A stretch of 64,000 bases of DNA from Anolis carolinensis. Taxonomy: Eukaryota. The DNA is taken from NCBI RefSeq assembly GCF_035594765.1, contig NC_085847.1, forward strand, positions 5,890,001 to 5,954,000, given 5' to 3'. The position numbers and the translations under genes are program-made. Within the stretch, counting starts at the first letter, position 1, and every line of letters starts with the position of its first letter. The notes beneath the pieces are model-generated. The model saw only the letters and a program-made list of their open reading frames with translations, made no database searches and was not told the DNA's origin. This document shows, one piece after another, positions 1-12,400 of this stretch.

Positions 1-758
1 TCTTGGGTTTTTGGGGTGTCTTTGAGTGTTGAGAAGGGGAAATACCAATTGGACGGGAAATGTCTAGGCCTTCCTCTCCTAAGTGGTCCCTGTTGTTGGC
101 ACAGGAAGTGCCGTTTGCAAAAGGTATAATGAAGTTCCTAAATGGGAGGCTGGTACTGGGTGTTGCTCTTGGGAAGGCATTGCAAAGGCGAGCCTGGCTT
201 GCAATTTTGCCCCTTTCTCCTCCTCGCCGGGATCAATATTGATTTGCTGGAAGCCTCCCTTCCGAAGCCAAGTGGCGCAGCAGGACGGCTGAGCTCAGGG
301 AATTACGTATATCAATATAGAGAGCTCTGCGATTGATTTCTTTTAAGCCCAGCCGTGGTGATGATGGGAGCGGTAATCCAAGGCCCTGGAAGATGTAGGG
401 AAGGAGGCCCATGATGGCAAAGCATCTCGGGTTACAGGGAGAGCCCTCGCAGCCGCAGGAAAGGAGGAGAAATGGCTCAGAGGAGGTGGATGGAAGAATA
501 GGCTGTGAAGCTGGCCCTGTGTTTGGACACATTGGGCACTGCCAGGGACAGCAACAGGTCGCTCCCAGTTTGTGCGTCACCCGTTCTTTGCCAGGGCATT
601 GAAGTGGTTGCATTCTTTGGAAAGCGCTATCCCCAAAGAACGCTATTTTGGGCCGGGTGGCATTTTGTGGAATGGGGTGGCACTCGGGAACGCCCGCCAT
701 GAATCATATTTGCCAAGGCTCCATCTGGCTTGTCTGGCGTTGGCTTGCATGAATATCC

Positions 759-905
759 NNNNNNNNNNNNNNNNNNNNNNNNNNNNNNNNNNNNNNNNNN
801 NNNNNNNNNNNNNNNNNNNNNNNNNNNNNNNNNNNNNNNNNNNNNNNNNNNNNNNNNNNNNNNNNNNNNNNNNNNNNNNNNNNNNNNNNNNNNNNNNNNN
901 NNNNN
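759..905. other. Assembly gap (147 N)
   Basis: Run of N bases in the sequence. Confidence 0.99.
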
Positions 906-1932
906 TTTGGCTTTCTCCCATTCAAGGACCAGCCAGAGTTGACCCTGCTTAGCATCCAAGATCAGAGAAGAGGTGGTGCCTTCAGGCTGCTGGTCACCTT
1001 ACGGCACCCCCATGCATTCTGTAGGGTTTTCTTAGGGATTGTCAGAGGTGCTTTTGCCCCTCCCTTCCTCTGAAACACCGCCTTCATCACCGGGTCTTCC
1101 ATGCTGGTCTCCCATCCAAGGGCTGACCACGGTAGGGCTTGCTTGGCCTTCCAAGATGGATGAGAGATCAATGCCAAGCACCTCCAGTTGTCACCATAAC
1201 TGCATGAGCAGTGCTTACTTCCTTTGGACCAGCGGCTCATTTTAAGCAGAGGTGGGATGGCCACCTGTCAGGAGGGCTTGGATGGTGTCTTCCTTGATGG
1301 CAGAAGGGTCTGGTACTGGATGGCTTTGGAGTCCCCTTCAGACTCTAGGGGTGAGCGCTGGCCTTGTTGGGTGATGGATGCCCTTGGAGGGGACGGGATC
1401 TCTACCCGGAGCCTCCCTTCAGGACCAAACTCCAGGGGAAGCTTCCTCCTCCCTCCTCCTCCTCCTCCCCTTTCCAGCTCTGAGGCCCGTGTCCTCCAAA
1501 GAACCTCAGGGGGCTGGAGAGGGACAGGGCTCCTTCCGAGTCACCTTCCTGACTGGCTGGGCTCGTCTTTGGGGGGACGTTGCCTCGGCTGTCAGGGGTG
1601 CGACGTCAGCCGCTCACTGCAGCAGATGGCTCCGCCGGGCCCGCTGTGCATGGTCCTCCTTCCCTTCCCGGCGCCAGCAGCGACAGAGTTAAGCCTCTCT
1701 CCTTCAAGTTCAGGCGCTGGTGCATTGTGGTCTCTTTCCCATCACGCGGAGGAGGAGGGTCGCCGGGCGAACCCACGGGCAGAATCGGTAATGTGGGACG
1801 CGGCGACGCGCTGCCTTGGCTGCGGGGTGGAACGAGGCGCTCCCTCCCTCCCGTAGTAGTGCCTTTGCCCGCATCCTCCACCCGGCCGGCCGCCATGCCC
1901 AGCGCCTGTGCCAGGGCCAGCCGGTGGCGGGC

Positions 1933-2011
1933 ATGAAGGGCCGGGGCTGCTGGGAGACGGGATCCGTGCGCTCCTTCTGCCACTCCGGCTGCCTCAATAA
2001 GCTCAAGAAGG
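1933..2011 (+). CDS. OSBP2: Candidate alternative first coding exon of OSBP2 (PH-less isoform), MKGRGCWETGSVRSFCHSGCLNKLKK
   Basis: CpG-rich segment. ATG at 1933 has G at -3. The 79-nt exon ends in AAG G|GTTAGT (phase 1), matching the phase-1 start of the exon at 6468 (G|AT GAT TCG). Confidence 0.55.
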
Positions 2012-5000
2012 GTTAGTTCGGCCTGCCCGGGATTCTCTTTTTTGTCTTTCCGCCAGAGGCCTTCCTGGCTTCACTCCCTTCAGCCGGCTTTCACTCCTTG
2101 CTCTTCCTTTTCACTGCATGATCCATTCAGTCCGGGGTCGGCAGAGGCGGGTGTGGGTCATGCTTGGGCAGGCGGGGGTCCTTTGTCTGCGGAATGCTGA
2201 ACGACGCCTGCCTTGCCGCCTGGAAGGAAGCATGTGTCCAAGCCACGGCAATGGAGGCATCATCCCCGGCTGGGCGGAAAAGACAGGCGTCCTCTAGGCA
2301 CCCCTTGGAGGTCTCGGTGTGGGGCTCCTGCCTCACTTGCATGCCATGGCCGTTTTGATAGTCAGGCTCTGAACTTGGATGTCGGAACGTGGAGAATCCA
2401 CGGCATCACTTCATAGTCCCTTAATGTTAACCTCTGGGTGCCTAACTTTAGCCCAGTCCGTATTTAGGAAGGCAGAATGTTCCCCAGGTTGGACATCAGA
2501 AATGCGGCGGGGGCATTCCCTTCCCTTTAGGATTTTTTAAAAAATGGATGCAAGTGTGGCTGAGGCTCCTCAGTGGTTTCTCCCGTTGCCTTGCATGGAT
2601 GAGCGCCTTCCGGCGGCCTATTAATATTTAGTTCTGATGCAGTGCTGGAAATGTGGGGCCACCTAGGCCTTTCTAGATGCCTTTGGCAGTCCCTTGTAGG
2701 GCATGATGGGAGCTGCAGTTGACAACAAGGTGACTGACTTAGCCATGGGGGAGTCACAGCAAAGGAGAGAGGCCGGTGGGAGCCCAAAGATCTGGCCGCC
2801 CTGGGCTCCTGAGGGAAGGAGAGGCACCCCATAGGAGAGGGCTCCTCCATGGTCAGAGGGGCCTTCTTCCTTCCCTCAGATGGCAAGAAGGGACCAAACT
2901 GGGTAGGCAGTTCCACATGCCAGAGACCTTGGTCTGTGCTTGGCACGCTTCTCGTGGTTGCCTCCTGGATAAGTCTCGGATTTTTAGTCCAAAAAGGGAC
3001 CCAAAAACCCTGGCTTGACTCCTCCATGGGTCAGTGTCAGTTCTGTCCCTGAACTCTTCTCCAATAAGGAAACATTTCTGAGCCGAGTGGGACAAAACTC
3101 CAAGGACCACGGAGCCCTCGACTTTCTCCACTGTGGCACCACCTCTGACCTTTTGGGATGCCTGGGTTGGAAAATGGGGGCAACCAGGGCAGGTGGCAGC
3201 CTACGTTGGCGTTGCCGCTTTCCACTCCCTACCAAAGGGCCCTCAGCATATCCATAGGCCATCTCAAAATCCATCCTTTGGACCCCCAGAGCTGCCCTTG
3301 ACTTACTCATGAGTAGAGAGGATTGTTCCCTTCCACTCTTGCTTCCGCACCTTCCCTGAGACACTGCGGGAGGAAGGCAGGACTTGGAGGTCCAAGCAGC
3401 TCTCCAATGGGATAGCCCTGTCTCTGCTGACTCCTGAAAGTTTCCTCTGTCGCCATGTTGGCTATAGAAGGAGCCATCTTTCCCCCTCATTGGGCCCCTG
3501 GAAGAACAAGCCGGGGGGCCAATCCCTTTGCATTCCCTCTCCTTCCTTGGCGATGCGGAAACCCTAGAAGCAGCCGAGGCTGGAAGGTGTCTTTACACGA
3601 TGATTAAAAATTGATCTTGGCCAACATTTTATAAACCAGAGTCAGGTAGCTGTGTCTCTGCAGGTGAACGGAGTTGCCTTGGGGACTGAGATGCCCCGGT
3701 GCCAAATGCCAACCTGGAGCTGGCGTTCCTTTGGGACCTCCATTGGGGACTTTCTAGAGACCACCTCAAGCCTTTTCCAAAATACATCCCACTTTTCCTT
3801 TCTCTGGCCTTCCCCTTTTCTTAGGTTTCCCAAACATAGACAGCTCTGCTTAGTTGGCACCCAAGGAGCAGCCAGTGAGGCAGTGCTTCCTTTTGTCCCC
3901 GTTTGGCTCTTTGTGCATGCTCAGTGAGGGATTCTGGGGGGCAGTTGTGGTTTGCCTTGCCTGTTGCAAGTGGGCACACATGGCTCAGCCATGCCATCAC
4001 TGCTGGGACAGAGCTTCTTTTGCTTTGCACACAGACCCTGATGCGGGAGAAGGACTCCGGGGGAGGGGCTTTGGGTGGCACCCTTTGCTTGGCGCTGTGG
4101 CCCACCCTTGCCCAAAAGATGCCTTGGGGAAGGGCTTTCCAGCATCACCGTTGCAGCGCCCTTGTTAATCTGTGCAAGCGGCGGAAGCCAACGTCGGTTA
4201 GTTGGCTGCAGATGCTTCCCGCTTTTGCCGCGGCCCAGCTCCAGCAAACAGCTGAGGCAGGCGAGCGTCCTCAGATGACCTTGCGAATCCCAAGACTCCA
4301 TGGAGTTGCTTTTCCCCAAAGGATGCTGCAAATGGCTCTTTCTGCAAAACCCTTCATGGCGTATGCTGATTCCCTGTGAGGGCCTGCCCCTCTTGCCCGC
4401 ATCTCTTTCTCCAAGTTACCTGGCATGGCACAGGAGGATGGGCTCCGGGTTTCATGCCAAGCTTTGGTGACCCTCCAAAGCCACAAGGCTTCCTCTGGTC
4501 GACTTGGAATGTCTTCCCAGAGAGTTTCCCAAGGCTTTGAAGAGCTGTGATTTATTTAAACTGGTCTTAACATTTAAACCCAACTCTTACCAGTCAAGAG
4601 GGGCGAAACGGTGGGCCCTGAATGCAAAAAAGGTTGGCCTGGTCATCCCAGTGGAACTGGTGCTCTGTGGCAAGATAACATTGGCAAAGTCTGTTGACCC
4701 CACTGGCTGGGGGATTTTGGGATTTGTAGTGCAGACATTAAACACACTCCAGTAGAATGACAGGAAGGTATTGAGGTTCCATCATAAGCGTTGGGAGGCA
4801 TTTGTGGTTGCAATTGGCTCCCAAATCAAACGCCTCTCCGTTCATGGTCTTGGCAGAGCGGTATCCGTAGGAGGGAAGGCTCTCCATAGCTTTAGCACCG
4901 GTGTCCAGGGTGCTTTGTGCTCCTCTTGCCTTTCCCTACCATCCCGGCCCAGTCGGAAGCCGTGTTGTCATTCCCTCCGCCGTGTGCCCCCTGCGTGGGC

Positions 5001-6467
5001 ACCAGAGTGCCGGGAACAGCGGGCCTCTTTTGCTGGAGGAATGTGTTGGCTTAATGGGGCCTTTTCTCCAACAGCCATGCCTTTGCTTGCCCCCCGCCTG
5101 GTGCCGTCTCCGTCTCCAGCTGTTCCTTTCATTTCCTTCTCATCTGGGTGCCTTTCCCTCATCAAGGCCCGCACATCCCGTGGGCACGGGTCCCTGTGGA
5201 TCTCGGCTTCTGTTTTTAACTTTGAAGTGCTTGGATTTCTACCGAGCTGAGGAGGCCCTTCAAGCTGGATCGCTAGTTAGAGCAAGAGGGGAATCGGTAC
5301 AAAGGCTTTGAAAGATGCTCAACCAATGGAACCGTTTCCAGCTTCTCTGGCGGGCGATGGCGCGCATGCCAGGAGAGAGGGTGCTGCATGCCCCTTCTGG
5401 CACGCATGCCATAGGTTTGCTACCAAGACGAGGTTGAAAACCATGAGTGATTGCAGCCATTTCAGTGCTGACTTAGGGTTGCCACCTCTTGTTTTTTTTT
5501 CCTATAAAGCTGCTGCCACTTTACACTTGTCTAGTCTCGGATAGCGATAAACCCACACTTAAGTTTCGTTCTGGGTTTTTGAGGGGGTGTCCATTGTGCT
5601 GAACCTACTGGGCCTGATATGTCAGTACCTTGGAGACCTCCTTGAGGGACAACCATGGTGCCAATCCTCTGGCCAAGGTGCCCTTGGTGCTGAGCCCGTC
5701 CTTATGCCAGTCACCTTCTCAGAGCCTCTGTCTACACATCTCCTTGTTTTCAAGGCTGGTATTTCCTTCCTCCCATTGCCCAGGATTCGGTCTCTTGCTT
5801 TCCTCCTCCAGCTGTGAGGCCTCTCACCTTGCGGCTGCAATTCCTCCAGAGCGGTGGCATATGCCGCTCTGACCGCTGGGCACGGAGACAGACTTCCTGC
5901 GGCTCTGAATGCATGCGTTACGAAGTTATGAAGGCCGCTGGGCACAAATGGAGTATGTGTTACTATGCGGGGAAGAGCAGTTCTTCTTGTTCGCAAGCAT
6001 TTGAAGCTGGCGGGCTTGTTAGTCTGGATCTATGCAAAGAGAAACTTAGTGAGAAGAGAAAGGAGTTAGTAGGACCAGGGAATGAAGCAAAAAAGTGTGT
6101 TGAAGAAAGAAGAAATAAAATTATTGTTATTATTATTTTATTATGACACAGCAAACAAGATAGATATGCTGGATTTCATATTATTATTATTATTATTGTT
6201 ATTGTTATTATTATTTTGGTTGTGCTAAGAGATGAACAAAGGTATCTTTCTGTGCAAAGGCATGGTAGGAGAACAGTAATAAAGGGCAGTGAGCAGGCCT
6301 GGAAAACCTGTCCCAGGACAACCTGGCCCAGCTCCCCTTGAGCCCCAGCGCTCGGTGTCCGTGCTGGGCCTTGCACCGCTTCTCGCTCTTGCGCGGCCTG
6401 CCCGGCTGGTAACCATGGCAACCCTTTTTGTCCCCCCCCCCACCTCCCTCCTTCCCTCCCTCCGCAG

Positions 6468-9400
6468 ATGATTCGGGCGACGAGGAGCCGGCCTCGCAGT
6501 CTGACAAGAGCGAGCTGCACGGCACGCTGAAGAACCTCTCCAATAAGCTGGAGGACCTCAGCACCTGCAACGACCTGCTGGCCAAACACGGGGCGGCCCT
6601 CCAGCGCTCCCTGAGTGAGCTGGAGAACCTCAAGCTGCCGGCCGAGAGCGGGGAGAAGATCAAGGCCGTCAATGAGCGCGCCACCCTCTTCCGCATCACC
6701 TCCAATGCTATGATCAATGTGAGTGGGGCTCTTCTGGGCCGGGGTCTGCTCTGTCTCTTGGCGGCCTCGTCTTGGGCGTGCATTTTGGGCAGGCTTGGGA
6801 CAGGGTTTCCGCCTGGACCTGACATGAGGGATGGGCTTCAGCACCTCGGAGACACCTCCCGCCAACGTTGGACTCAAAACCCAGAGGGCATGACCTAGAA
6901 GGCACCCACTTCTGAGATGTTGTTCTGCCAGTCTGCGTATGCAAGAGCGACAAGAACAGGGCACACGGGGCTAAGAGGTGGCAGCTGTGGGCCAAGAAGA
7001 CCATCCCTGAACTGCCCAGGCGGCCAGTGTTTGCTTGGGTCTGTCCTGCAAGCCGAAGCCACCTAGGAAGGGCACAGGCACTTTCCCATTGTGCTTTGGC
7101 AGTCAGGGCATGGGCAGCTTGGAACTAACTGTGCCCTTTCCTCTCATTGTTGCCACTCTTGTTCTTGTGCAGCCGAGAAGGTGGCCAGGTTGCTCCTGAG
7201 GCAGATGCCCCAAAAGATGCCTGGGCATGCTGGAAAGATTAGGAAACGGGTGGAATTCAGGCCTGTGGTCCAATATAGACCCCATTCTTTCCAAGAGTTA
7301 CCTGCCCCTTCCTCCTTTTGGATCCCAAGCTTGGCACCAGAGTGTCCCTCCTTCAGTAGGTTAGTCCCCAAGGTTGGGATTTGAGAATGGGTGTCCCATC
7401 GTCCAGAGAATAGTGGCTCCTCCCACAGTGGACCATTGGTGGGTCTTGGCATCCCACCAGAATCCCGCTGGCCCGGATGCGGGGATGCCAGACCTGCTTC
7501 TCTTCTTGTTGCTGCCCCTTCAGTCTGGGTAACTCATTGCAGCGGAGAAACGGCTCGGCCTCCCTGGCAGGGCTGGCGTTGGGCCTTGTAGGCAGCCAGA
7601 CCATTCCTCATTTGGGTGGCGCTCACCTCTAACCTTTGCCCACCTCTCGTCCCAAGGTTCTTGCTCCCCGATTCCTTTTGGTGCCCCCTGTTTTCCCTGC
7701 TAATTGGGAGGTTTTGGATTGGCACAAAGCTGGGTTCGATTCTGCTCCGATTGGCCAAATTGGGAAGGCAGGTTGGAGCCAGGAGGGAGGGGGGCTGGCA
7801 CTGGAATGGCCCATCGTCATTGGGATGGGCTTAGGTGGCTTCCGCTCCGTTGCCAGTGCGAGCCTGGGAGCCGTACAGCAGCGCAGCCAGGCAGAGGCGT
7901 TGGCTGGAAGCATCCTCCCCGTAAGTCTGTGCGCCTGCTTGTGTGCGAGAGGAAGGCAGGGCGTTGGAGGTGTGGAGGAGCAGGTCCTGCCGTCGCAGCG
8001 CCGCTTCCCAGCTCTCCATCTCTCTGCAGCGGTGGCAGAGCACTGCCTCCATTTTGCTCCCTGCTTTGGACCTGGCCGCTGCCACCGTTCCAGGCGGTCA
8101 GCGTTTGGAGCGCAGCCTTTGCAGCCCAAAGTTCCCGGGTCTTGGGTGTTTTGTGTGCTGCGCCGATGATCCAATTATGCAAATCCTCCCCGTAGAGATG
8201 GAGATAAAGCGGGGTGGGGGGAGCGGGGTGCCTGTATCGCTGGAGACAAAAATAGCTCTGTTGCTTGCCGTTTCGGGACTGCATGGGCGAGGACCAGATT
8301 TGGGGAAGGAGGAAGGGGGGGGGGGCAATGGAGGAAAGGCTTGGCTGAAATGCTCCCCTGGGGAAGGCACGGGAGGGGGAGAGCCTTGCATCCCAAGGGG
8401 TTCGGGGGTTGGCTGGAATGGCTGTGGTCGCCTTTGGGCTGGAATCTGCCCAATTGCTTCTCTTTTGTTTTGCCAACACAAGGTTATTCCAGGTCACCAA
8501 AGTGCTGGAACGTTCTGCAGAAAAAACCCAAAGAACCATTCTTGTTGTTGTGCTCCTCTGAATCGCCCTTTGGTCCCCGCTTTGAGGTCTGTACCTGCCT
8601 TTCTAGGCAAAGGCCTTCTCTGTCGCGGCTCCTCTGTTCTGAATTTTCCTCTCTGCGAATGTTGGCTATGGCAATGTTTCCCTTTTGGTGCTTTGTTGTG
8701 ACTCCCAATGGCATGATTTCCTCTCTGACGTTGCTGCGGTATCCATGTTTTCGTCTCTCTGAGCTTTAGCACAATGGTGCCTTGGCTTTTGGGCCCCTCG
8801 CGGTGCTTTTGTGTTCCGATGTTGTCGAGACATAAGCCGATCGGTTGGGTCTTCCATGCATTTCGTTCTCGCTCAAAGCTCCCATGGGCGGAAGGAAGAC
8901 CGAGGAAAGGCATTGGTGGGCTCTCTTAATGGGAGACGGAGCACAATGCGGGGTCAAACCCTTGCCCATAAGAGGAGGGAGGGATGTTGATGTTTTGAGA
9001 AGGATTTCACAGGGAAGGAAGAGGGCTTTGGCATCTCACAGTGCCGGAGAGAAGAGCAAAACACCTTGGCACCCAGGGCAGGAGGCACGTCTTCCCTGGA
9101 AATGACTGCAGATGTGCTATTGACAGCAGCACAAAAGCCTGTGCCATGAACATCGGATGGAATCACGGCTTCTTCTTCCCTTCTTCTGTTCCACGATTTC
9201 CTGACAGACGTCCTGCTGAACATTTACTGAATGGCGCATCTGCCAAGCTGTTTCGAAAGAGCACTCAGCCTTTCAGCTGGTCCTTTTCAAGAGGGAGGGA
9301 AGATGTGTTTTGGGAGACAAGGTTCCAAGGCCAGCTCTCCATTGAGGCCTGCTCCCTGCTATTCAAGGCTCTCTCTGACACTGGCCTAGGGGAGCGGCCC

Positions 9401-12400
9401 AATGCCAAGGCCTACGGGTGCCGAGTCCTCTTGGCCTCCTATGCTCTTCCTGACCCAAAGGATTCTTTTGCAGAGTGTCTGTCCAGGGAGATTATCACAT
9501 GCTGTCACAGGCCTGCAATTCCATTTTAATTGCTATGCCAACCTCTTGAATCTTGGGATTTGTACTTTAGTGGGGCCTAACTTCTTAAAGGCCCTCCCTA
9601 AACTGCACATCCCAGGATTCCACAGCTATCGGAAACAAAGCGGAATAGCATTGTGTGATAATCTCCTTGAGCACCCCTTTCACAGCATCGTGTGATAATC
9701 TGCTTGAACGCCAAGAATAGCGTGCCCTTCCTCACATGCAGCAACCTAGGCCCAATTGTTTTGCAAGGCCATCGATCTCGATGTGATCTCCAGGGAAGGG
9801 AGTGGGACCCGGTGGAATTGGAGCTAGTGGGAAAGAGGTTTCAAAAAAAAGTGCTGCGCTCGCCCTGTCGCATCTGTGCAAACACTGTGGCCATTTATTT
9901 TGTGCATTGGGGAGTCAGCAGTTTCTAAATGGAGATGAAGGACGGCGAGTGCCATGAATGGAGCTGCAGGCTGCGTCGACAACAAGGAATCCCAGGGGCC
10001 AAAGGCAACACTTCTGGGAAAGGGATGGCCTCAGAAGACCCTCTGAAATTTATGGGGTTGTCATAAGTCAGTGGGGACTTGAAGGCGCAAGGAGATGACA
10101 GCAACCAGTGTTGGAATGTAAGCTCCGCCAAAGGGTTTGCCCTTGTTTCTTGGCGAATCTTCCAGCGAGGTGCATGGGTGGACCTGCACCCGCTCCCCGA
10201 CTTCTCCCTGCCGGGTAGGATCGAGAGGAGTCAAGGCTGGGATTTCCCTGTCCAGGGACTCAAGGAGCAATGGCAGGAAGGGAGGCACCAGGGTGGCCGC
10301 TTGAATGGCTCCTCATGGCTTCATTTGCCGGATTTCATAAATGTCACTCAGGGACGATGGCCATCCGAACATCACATAGTCTCCTGGTTTTTTAAACATT
10401 GGGATAATTGACTTGGTGCAATGCACACATTTGTTCTCCCCGAGGCCAGTCTGTGTGTGCCTTCACGTCGCCCGCTGGCTTATGGTGACCCCATGGGAGG
10501 TTATCTTAGGTCAGGGACCCTCAGAGGTGGTTTGGTCCCTTATTTCCTCTGAAATCGGAGCTTTGGCGGTCTCCCCTCCAAGTCCCAACCAAGACGGACC
10601 CATGGATGCTGGCCTTTTATTGAGCCTGAAGAACGCTCTCAGGTGCTTGCTCCTTCTTTCTGTGGGTTTGTGTGGCGTTTGGAAAGGAGGACCAAGATGG
10701 AAGTAGCACCAGCTGCAGCTTGGCGGGCAGGGCTGAGAACCCTCTGGGAGGTGAAGTTCTTCTGTCTACGCTGTGCAGTGACGGCACTTGAACCGCCAAT
10801 GGACTAGAACTGGTACGCAGGAAGGATTGCAGATAAGGCCCTGGGCTTCTCGATCACGGCTGGCCCGCGGCGGATGAGCCATTTCCCCTTTGACGAGGGA
10901 TGACTGGAGGCCGCTCTGCGTATCGGCGGTGTTTCTGTGCCAGGGCTGTGAGGATTGCGAGGCTCTTCTCAGCAGCAAACAGATGGCCCAGTCCCGTGCC
11001 GGCCTCGGCGTGGTTATTTTTAAAAGCCACATGGCTCTCCTCCTCTGTTTTGACCTGCTTTCCTGAAGACCTTCTCGCCTGTCTCTGGGCTGGAGGGGAA
11101 ACCACAGAGAAGGCCAGGGCCATGCCAGCCTCAATCAGCCACCCAGTTATGTTGTTGTTGTTATTTTTTATCCCAACTGACCCATGATTTGCCTCCGCAT
11201 TTTCCTGACTGGGATTTTGGGTTGATTCTCAAATACGTTTTCCATTCTCTTGTAGCCGGTGCTGAGCCCAAGGGGAAGGGGGGGCTCCTTGTATGGCAAT
11301 CCTGCCATGTCTCTTGGGTTTCGGTGGCCTTTGCTGACCTCTGACCCCTCCCCCCCCTCCGCAGGCCTGCCGGGACTTTCTGGAGTTAGCCGACACCCAC
11401 AGCCGGAAATGGCAGCGGGTGCTCCAGCACGAGCGCGAGCAGCGCATCCGTCTGGAGGAGACCATTGAGCAGCTGGCCAAGCAGCACAACCACTTGGAGC
11501 GGGCCTGCCGGGGGGCCCCCTCCCACGCCTCCAACACCAGCAGCCACGTCTCCAAAGGTGAGGCGCCCCTTCCACCCCCAAAGAGCCCGCCTGGCGGGAG
11601 ATGCGGACCCGGCTCACCCGGTGGCCCTCTCTCTCTCTCTCTCTCTCTCTCTGTGCCAGGGGGGAGCGTGCAGAGCGTGAAAGGGGAAGCCAGCGACGAA
11701 GATGAGGAGACGGAGTACTTTGACGCCATGGAGGATGCCCAGGCTTTCATCACAGTAGCTGCCGATCCCTCCAAACACCGGTGGGTCGACCTCCGCTGCC
11801 CCCCAGGCACCCACAGATGGGCTTTGTTGACAGTGGCCCCAACCTGGTGGAAATGGCTTAGCTTGGGTGTGTTGAAAGGGGCTCCTCCCTCCTGGCCCAT
11901 TTGCTGGGCTCAAGGGTTACGCCCTGCAACTAGTCAAGTCTTCCCAGGCTGGCAGTGGCTGTGTAGGAAACCCCAGGGATGACTGTCCTACCCCCTGATT
12001 CTAGGCCTTGCTTTGGGCACAAGGGGAGAGACATTGGACTGGTAAGAAGGCCACACTGGGAACTGGCACAGCGGGACGTCCTACCGGCCTTGTGCCACTC
12101 ACTTGCCATTGTGCCCTGGGTCTTCTCTGTAGGCGCACAGGCAGCAACCTCAGCCGGTCCAGCGAAGGTCGTGCCGATGACTGGAACCTGGAGGACAGCG
12201 TAAGTGCCCTGGCGATTCAGAAGGCGCAGCCGTGGACTGGATGGTCCCTGACTGCCTTGGGCCTTGAGCCTCCCTCTCCCTCTTTCTCCAGGTGTTTGAG
12301 AGCTCCAGCCAAAGCACCCTCGACTCGACGGGCAGAGATGTGGCGCCCCGGAAGAAGCGGCGGACCCGCATCCCGGACAAGCCCAACTATAGCCTTAACC

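Noticed and set aside
960-1860. Overlapping 100-210 aa ORFs on both strands
   Set aside because: Low-complexity GC-rich frames, mostly non-ATG starts, with no domain or splice support.
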